This document shows positions 60,171 to 64,000 of a stretch of 64,000 nucleotides of DNA, piece after piece. The DNA lies in contig CAWCBP010000014.1 of NCBI GenBank assembly GCA_963793865.1, positions 96,001 to 160,000 on the forward strand, written 5' to 3'. Source of the DNA: an uncultured delta proteobacterium. GTDB taxonomy: Bacteria > Desulfobacterota > WTBG01. Under the pieces are notes generated by a model. The model saw nothing but the letters and a program-made list of their open reading frames with translations. It was not told where the DNA came from and did no database searches. How positions within the stretch are numbered: the stretch's first letter is position 1; the number at the start of each line of letters is the position of its first letter. The translations under genes were made by a program, and so were the position numbers.

Positions 60171-61118
60171 ATGGAAAAACTGCTGCTCATGGGAAAACGG
60201 CTTCCCCCGCTTGACACCCCCGCCCTGTCCGCGGATCCGGATTGGAAACAGTGCGATCCGGCCTTTATCCGCAGGGCCCTCGACAGGGCTTTGGAGCGGC
60301 CGTCAGGAGGGTGGTACGCCGTAGACGCAACGGGATCACTCACCGATAAACCCAGATTGATTCAAATCAACGGAGAGGAGCTGGTTGCCTACCGCGTTGA
60401 TGGCGCCTCCATAGTGGCGCGCCATGCCTGCCCGCATCTCGGAGGCCCCCTTTCCCTGGGGAAAATCAGCAACGGGAAGCTGGTGTGCCCCTGGCATGGA
60501 TTGAGATTGCCGAGCCCGAACCACGAGCATTGGCAGCCGTTAAAGACCCATGAAGATGGCGTGCTCACCTGGGTCCGGATGGGACCGGACGAGAGCGCGA
60601 CCCCCGCGCCGATTCTGCCGGTTCGGCCGAAGTTCTTTATCGACTCGGTCATTCGCAGGGACGCGAATTGCGAGGCGAGCGGCATTCTGGCCAACCGCCT
60701 GGATCCCTGGCACGGCGCACATTACCATCCGCATACCTTTGCCAGGCTGAAGGTGACCGAAGCAACCCTTGATCTGCTGAGGGTCCGCGTCGCCTTCCGC
60801 GTGTGGGGCCGGTTCTGCATCGAGGTGGACGCGACGTTTCACTCTCCCGAACCGCGGACCATTGTCATGACCATCGTGGACGGTGAAGGCGCCGGCTCCG
60901 TGGTCGAGACCCACTCCACGCCGGCGGCACCCGGCAGGAGCATTGTCATTGAAGCTACCCTGGCAACTTCAGATCGCCCGGGGTTCCGTTACGCCCTGAA
61001 AGCCGCCCGCTTCATCCGACCCCTCATGGCGCGAGCCGCCCACAAGTTATGGATCGAGGATGTAGCCTATGCTGAGCGCGCTTATGCGCTCCAGCAGGGC
61101 AGAATTATTACTTCGTGA
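60171..61118 (+). CDS. Rieske 2Fe-2S protein (CrtV/DUF5914-like)
   Basis: ACPHLG...CPWHG Rieske ligands; ANRLDPWHGAHYHPHTF; GEGAGSVVETHSTP; LWIEDVAYAERAY. Confidence 0.8.
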   Translation: MEKLLLMGKRLPPLDTPALSADPDWKQCDPAFIRRALDRALERPSGGWYAVDATGSLTDKPRLIQINGEELVAYRVDGASIVARHACPHLGGPLSLGKISNGKLVCPWHGLRLPSPNHEHWQPLKTHEDGVLTWVRMGPDESATPAPILPVRPKFFIDSVIRRDANCEASGILANRLDPWHGAHYHPHTFARLKVTEATLDLLRVRVAFRVWGRFCIEVDATFHSPEPRTIVMTIVDGEGAGSVVETHSTPAAPGRSIVIEATLATSDRPGFRYALKAARFIRPLMARAAHKLWIEDVAYAERAYALQQGRIITS

Positions 61119-61497
61119 TGTTCATCCGCCGACTTCTTATTTCATCCAGGGCTATTTTTGCGTCTGCTACGCCATTGGTTCCCTTTCCAAACACCTCGCA
61201 CATAACCGTGTATACCCTTTCAAGCTCCTTGCAAACATACTCATCGCAATAGGCGCAATTCTCCAGCTTCTTTTCAATGCAGCATCTTCTGATTTCGCAC
61301 ATGCTGCAATAGCCGAGATGTTCACCATCTGATAAACAGCCGTCACAGTTTATCTTTTCCGGCCCTATTTCCATACCGAAAAAATCGGACTGTTCCTCAG
61401 CATACTTTTTTCTGAGCGCATCATCATTTTGCTTCTTGCAAATGAATGGCACACACTTTGAGCAGTCTACCCCGCAATATCCAATCATCTTCTCCAT
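61108..61497 (-). CDS. Cys-rich DUF3795-like protein
   Basis: GYCGVDCSKC, CDGC, CEIRRCC, NCAYCDEYVC. Confidence 0.8.
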   Translation of the reverse strand: MEKMIGYCGVDCSKCVPFICKKQNDDALRKKYAEEQSDFFGMEIGPEKINCDGCLSDGEHLGYCSMCEIRRCCIEKKLENCAYCDEYVCKELERVYTVMCEVFGKGTNGVADAKIALDEIRSRRMNITK

Positions 61498-61578
61498 GGC
61501 ACTCTCCGGTTCCGGTTAAAGAAAGCTAAACCTCTCTTTGCATTACATATTGAAATAACGGTATAAAAATGAATTGTA

Positions 61579-62373
61579 TCAGTTTTGTAAGGCAGTCCTT
61601 CTTTCCGCGCGGATAATGATGAACGCCAGAAGCACGACAGCCACAGCCATGCTGATGGTGAGGAAAGGGTCAACCGCGGCCATAGGATCGGGATACGCCC
61701 GCCACCGGCCGATGGTTTCAACGCAGCTCCATATGATCACCACCGTGGGAATGGTGTAGCGCAAGGCATAACCCATCTCCTTCGCCTTTAAGAGCCGGTA
61801 TATGAGATAGCTTCCGACAAAGAAGCAGAAGGTGAAAAGACATTTTGTAAAAATTCCCCGCTCCCCGAAGATGGTCGCGTCGTAGGCATAATAGAGGGCC
61901 ACATGGCCGAACCACATGGTAAAGAATACCTTGACCGCGGTGCGCGGGCACCATCGGTCGACCGGGATATCATTCCGCGAATGCTTCTCCAGATGCAAAA
62001 GCCTCCTTATCTGCAGGAAAAAAGTACACCTGACATTTTCATTGAAGGATAAGTAAAGAACCAGCGGCACAATGAGAATAAGCGTCAACTCTACCGCTTT
62101 CGTATCATTCATGCCGGCTGTTTTTACAAAGAGCCGAAAGCCCATTTCAAAGAGGCTTGCCCACAGCAGAACTCCTGCAATCAGCCCGCAGAATGTCTCC
62201 CACGCTTCTGACGACAGGTATTTTGTCACATACATTATGGCAATGGCTATAGCCAGGGCGATGAGGATAACTGCCATTTGGCCGGATGCCAGGAACTTTA
62301 TGGCGGCGGCAGTGAGAATATGTCCGACGGGGATGATAAACAGAAATGTCAAAAACGCCAGTATCCCTTTCAT
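61579..62373 (-). CDS. Multi-pass membrane protein, hypothetical
   Basis: 264 aa with about 7-8 hydrophobic segments; GAGGAGG SD. Confidence 0.75.
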   Translation of the reverse strand: MKGILAFLTFLFIIPVGHILTAAAIKFLASGQMAVILIALAIAIAIMYVTKYLSSEAWETFCGLIAGVLLWASLFEMGFRLFVKTAGMNDTKAVELTLILIVPLVLYLSFNENVRCTFFLQIRRLLHLEKHSRNDIPVDRWCPRTAVKVFFTMWFGHVALYYAYDATIFGERGIFTKCLFTFCFFVGSYLIYRLLKAKEMGYALRYTIPTVVIIWSCVETIGRWRAYPDPMAAVDPFLTISMAVAVVLLAFIIIRAERRTALQN

Positions 62374-62469
62374 ATCTCCTCCTCAAGTAATTTACCGCAG
62401 TTTACTGCTTGCACGACTATCTCAAAGACTTCATAGCAGACAACGCCACCTCGAAAAATTAATAAATTC

Positions 62470-62512
62470 TTAACACAAAATTAATATTAAGTTAATTCCC
62501 ATTTTGTACACT
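62470..62512 (+). promoter_or_regulatory. Putative OmpR/PhoB-type direct-repeat operator
   Basis: TTAACA (62470), TTAATA (62481), TTAATT (62492) at 11-bp period, then TACACT at 62507. Confidence 0.5.
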
Positions 62513-62644
62513 TGAAAGAAATAGCTTCCGCTTAGACCATGCTTTCAGTGGCATAATATTTTCCTTGACAAGGGGTTGCTTCTTGATAACTGTAGAATAT
62601 AAGTTGAGAATCTATGAGATTTTCCTGTTAGTCAGGGCAATCTG

Positions 62645-63325
62645 ATGAATGAGCTGATCGCAATCATAGACGATGAACCCGATATCCTGGAACTGGTATC
62701 GCTGCACCTGACCAGGGCGGGTTTTTCCGTCAGGGAATTTGCTGATGCAGACAGCTTCAATGCTTTTATCCAAACCAGCACACCTGATCTCATTGTGCTT
62801 GATTTGATGCTCCCGGATACCGACGGATTGGAGCTCTGCAAATCGCTGAAGCGGAAGGATGCGCTTGCCGCCATACCCATCATCATGCTCACGGCCAAGG
62901 GGGAAGAAACTGACAAAATACTCGGTCTGGAGCTGGGAGCTGATGATTATATTACCAAACCGTTTTCCCCCAAAGAACTGGTGGCGCGGGTAAAAGCAGT
63001 CCTTCGCAGGCCTGCCCGGCAAGAAGCCGGGAAGACAATTGAAATAGCAGGAAGGGTCGTCATAGATCTGGAAAAATACCAGGTAACCGTAAAAGGGAAG
63101 AAGGTTGATCTTACCACAACCGAATTCAAGGTCTTACAGCTCCTTGCGTCAAGAAAGGGATATGTCTTCAGCCGGGATAACATCCTCGATTATCTCTGGG
63201 GTGATGAAAAAGCGGTCGTCGACAGAACTATTGACGTGCACATCCGGCACCTCAGGGAAAAGCTGGGAAGCGCGGCCTCCCTCATCAAAAATATACGCGG
63301 CATAGGCTACAAGCTGGAAGAATGA
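62645..63325 (+). CDS. OmpR/PhoB-family response regulator
   Basis: IIDDEP, LDLMLP, GLELGADDYITKPFSP, wHTH RTIDVHIRHLREKLG. Confidence 0.95.
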   Translation: MNELIAIIDDEPDILELVSLHLTRAGFSVREFADADSFNAFIQTSTPDLIVLDLMLPDTDGLELCKSLKRKDALAAIPIIMLTAKGEETDKILGLELGADDYITKPFSPKELVARVKAVLRRPARQEAGKTIEIAGRVVIDLEKYQVTVKGKKVDLTTTEFKVLQLLASRKGYVFSRDNILDYLWGDEKAVVDRTIDVHIRHLREKLGSAASLIKNIRGIGYKLEE

Positions 63326-64000
63326 TAAAATCACTGTTCGGCAAACTATTCGCTGCTTACCTGTGCATCATTCTATTGTTTTCGCTGTTTATTCTCTTTG
63401 TCTCATTTAACGCCTTCCGCAATTACTCCCTCGCCGTTCATACCGATGACCTGCAAAATCTTGCCACCGTATTACTCCCCCAGGTAGCCCCGCTCTTTTT
63501 GGAAAACAAAGACAGGGAGTTGGATGTTCTGATCAAAGGTCTTGGACCGGGCATTAATACGCGTCTTACCATTGTTAATAGTGAAGGCGTGGTTGTGTCT
63601 GACTCTGAAAAAGATCCGCTGCTGATGGAAAACCACCGCTTCAGACCTGAAATACTCCAGGTGCTGGAGGGTGAGCGCGGCACATCTCTTCGTTTCAGTT
63701 CGACGGTGAATGAGGAGATGCTCTATGTCGCCGTGCCTATCCTGCATCAGGGGGTAATAAAAGGTGTCCTGCGGGTAAGTTTGTTTTTGGCGGACTTCAA
63801 CCGGCATTTCTCCCGGGTGAGAACCGGCATTGTCTACAGTGCCATCGGCCTGTCCCTTCTGGCGCTGCTTGCAGCCTTTTTAATCAGCAGGAGCCTGTCG
63901 CGGCCCATCAGGGACCTGCGAGTCGCTTCAAGCAGGCTGGCATCGGGGGATTTTACGTCACGGGTTATTATACGGGACAAAGGTGAGATACAGGATCTCG
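63322..64000 (+). CDS. PhoR-like sensor histidine kinase, 5' part (truncated by window edge)
   Basis: ATG overlaps the regulator's stop; TM1, periplasmic ENHRFRPEI motif, TM2, start of HAMP (SRPIRDL...GDF). Confidence 0.85.
   Translation, partial: MIKSLFGKLFAAYLCIILLFSLFILFVSFNAFRNYSLAVHTDDLQNLATVLLPQVAPLFLENKDRELDVLIKGLGPGINTRLTIVNSEGVVVSDSEKDPLLMENHRFRPEILQVLEGERGTSLRFSSTVNEEMLYVAVPILHQGVIKGVLRVSLFLADFNRHFSRVRTGIVYSAIGLSLLALLAAFLISRSLSRPIRDLRVASSRLASGDFTSRVIIRDKGEIQDL

Overview
Bacterial chromosomal window, probably Desulfobacterota/deltaproteobacterial (inferred from gene order and a PxxKW-family gene). Bases 1-32 kb hold the core transcription/translation supercluster: 3' end of tuf, rpmG, tRNA-Trp, secE-nusG-rplKAJL-rpoBC, the str operon with a second tuf, and the S10, spc and alpha operons. 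rpoB has two +1 homopolymer frameshifts that are probably sequencing errors. Bases 32-64 kb are accessory: a decayed tRNA-Leu-integrated island with a toxin-antitoxin pair and two recombinase stubs, pirin/YcaC, a secreted protein with a sigma54-type promoter, an esterase, an enhancer-binding protein, feoB-fur-DtxR/FeoA, thrC-cysC, archaeal-type topoisomerase VI, GTP-PEPCK, an actinobacterial-like crtT-crtU-crtV carotenoid-modifying trio and a PhoB/PhoR-like pair. The most striking unexplained element is at 53.6-54.6 kb. Three tandem copies of an ~86-89 nt structured RNA show covariation and G-U wobbles, and each overlaps its own intrinsic terminator. This looks like a triple tandem ON-riboswitch leader in front of two paralogous, unannotated small 2-TM membrane proteins. 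All calls were made by eye and from recall; no searches were run.
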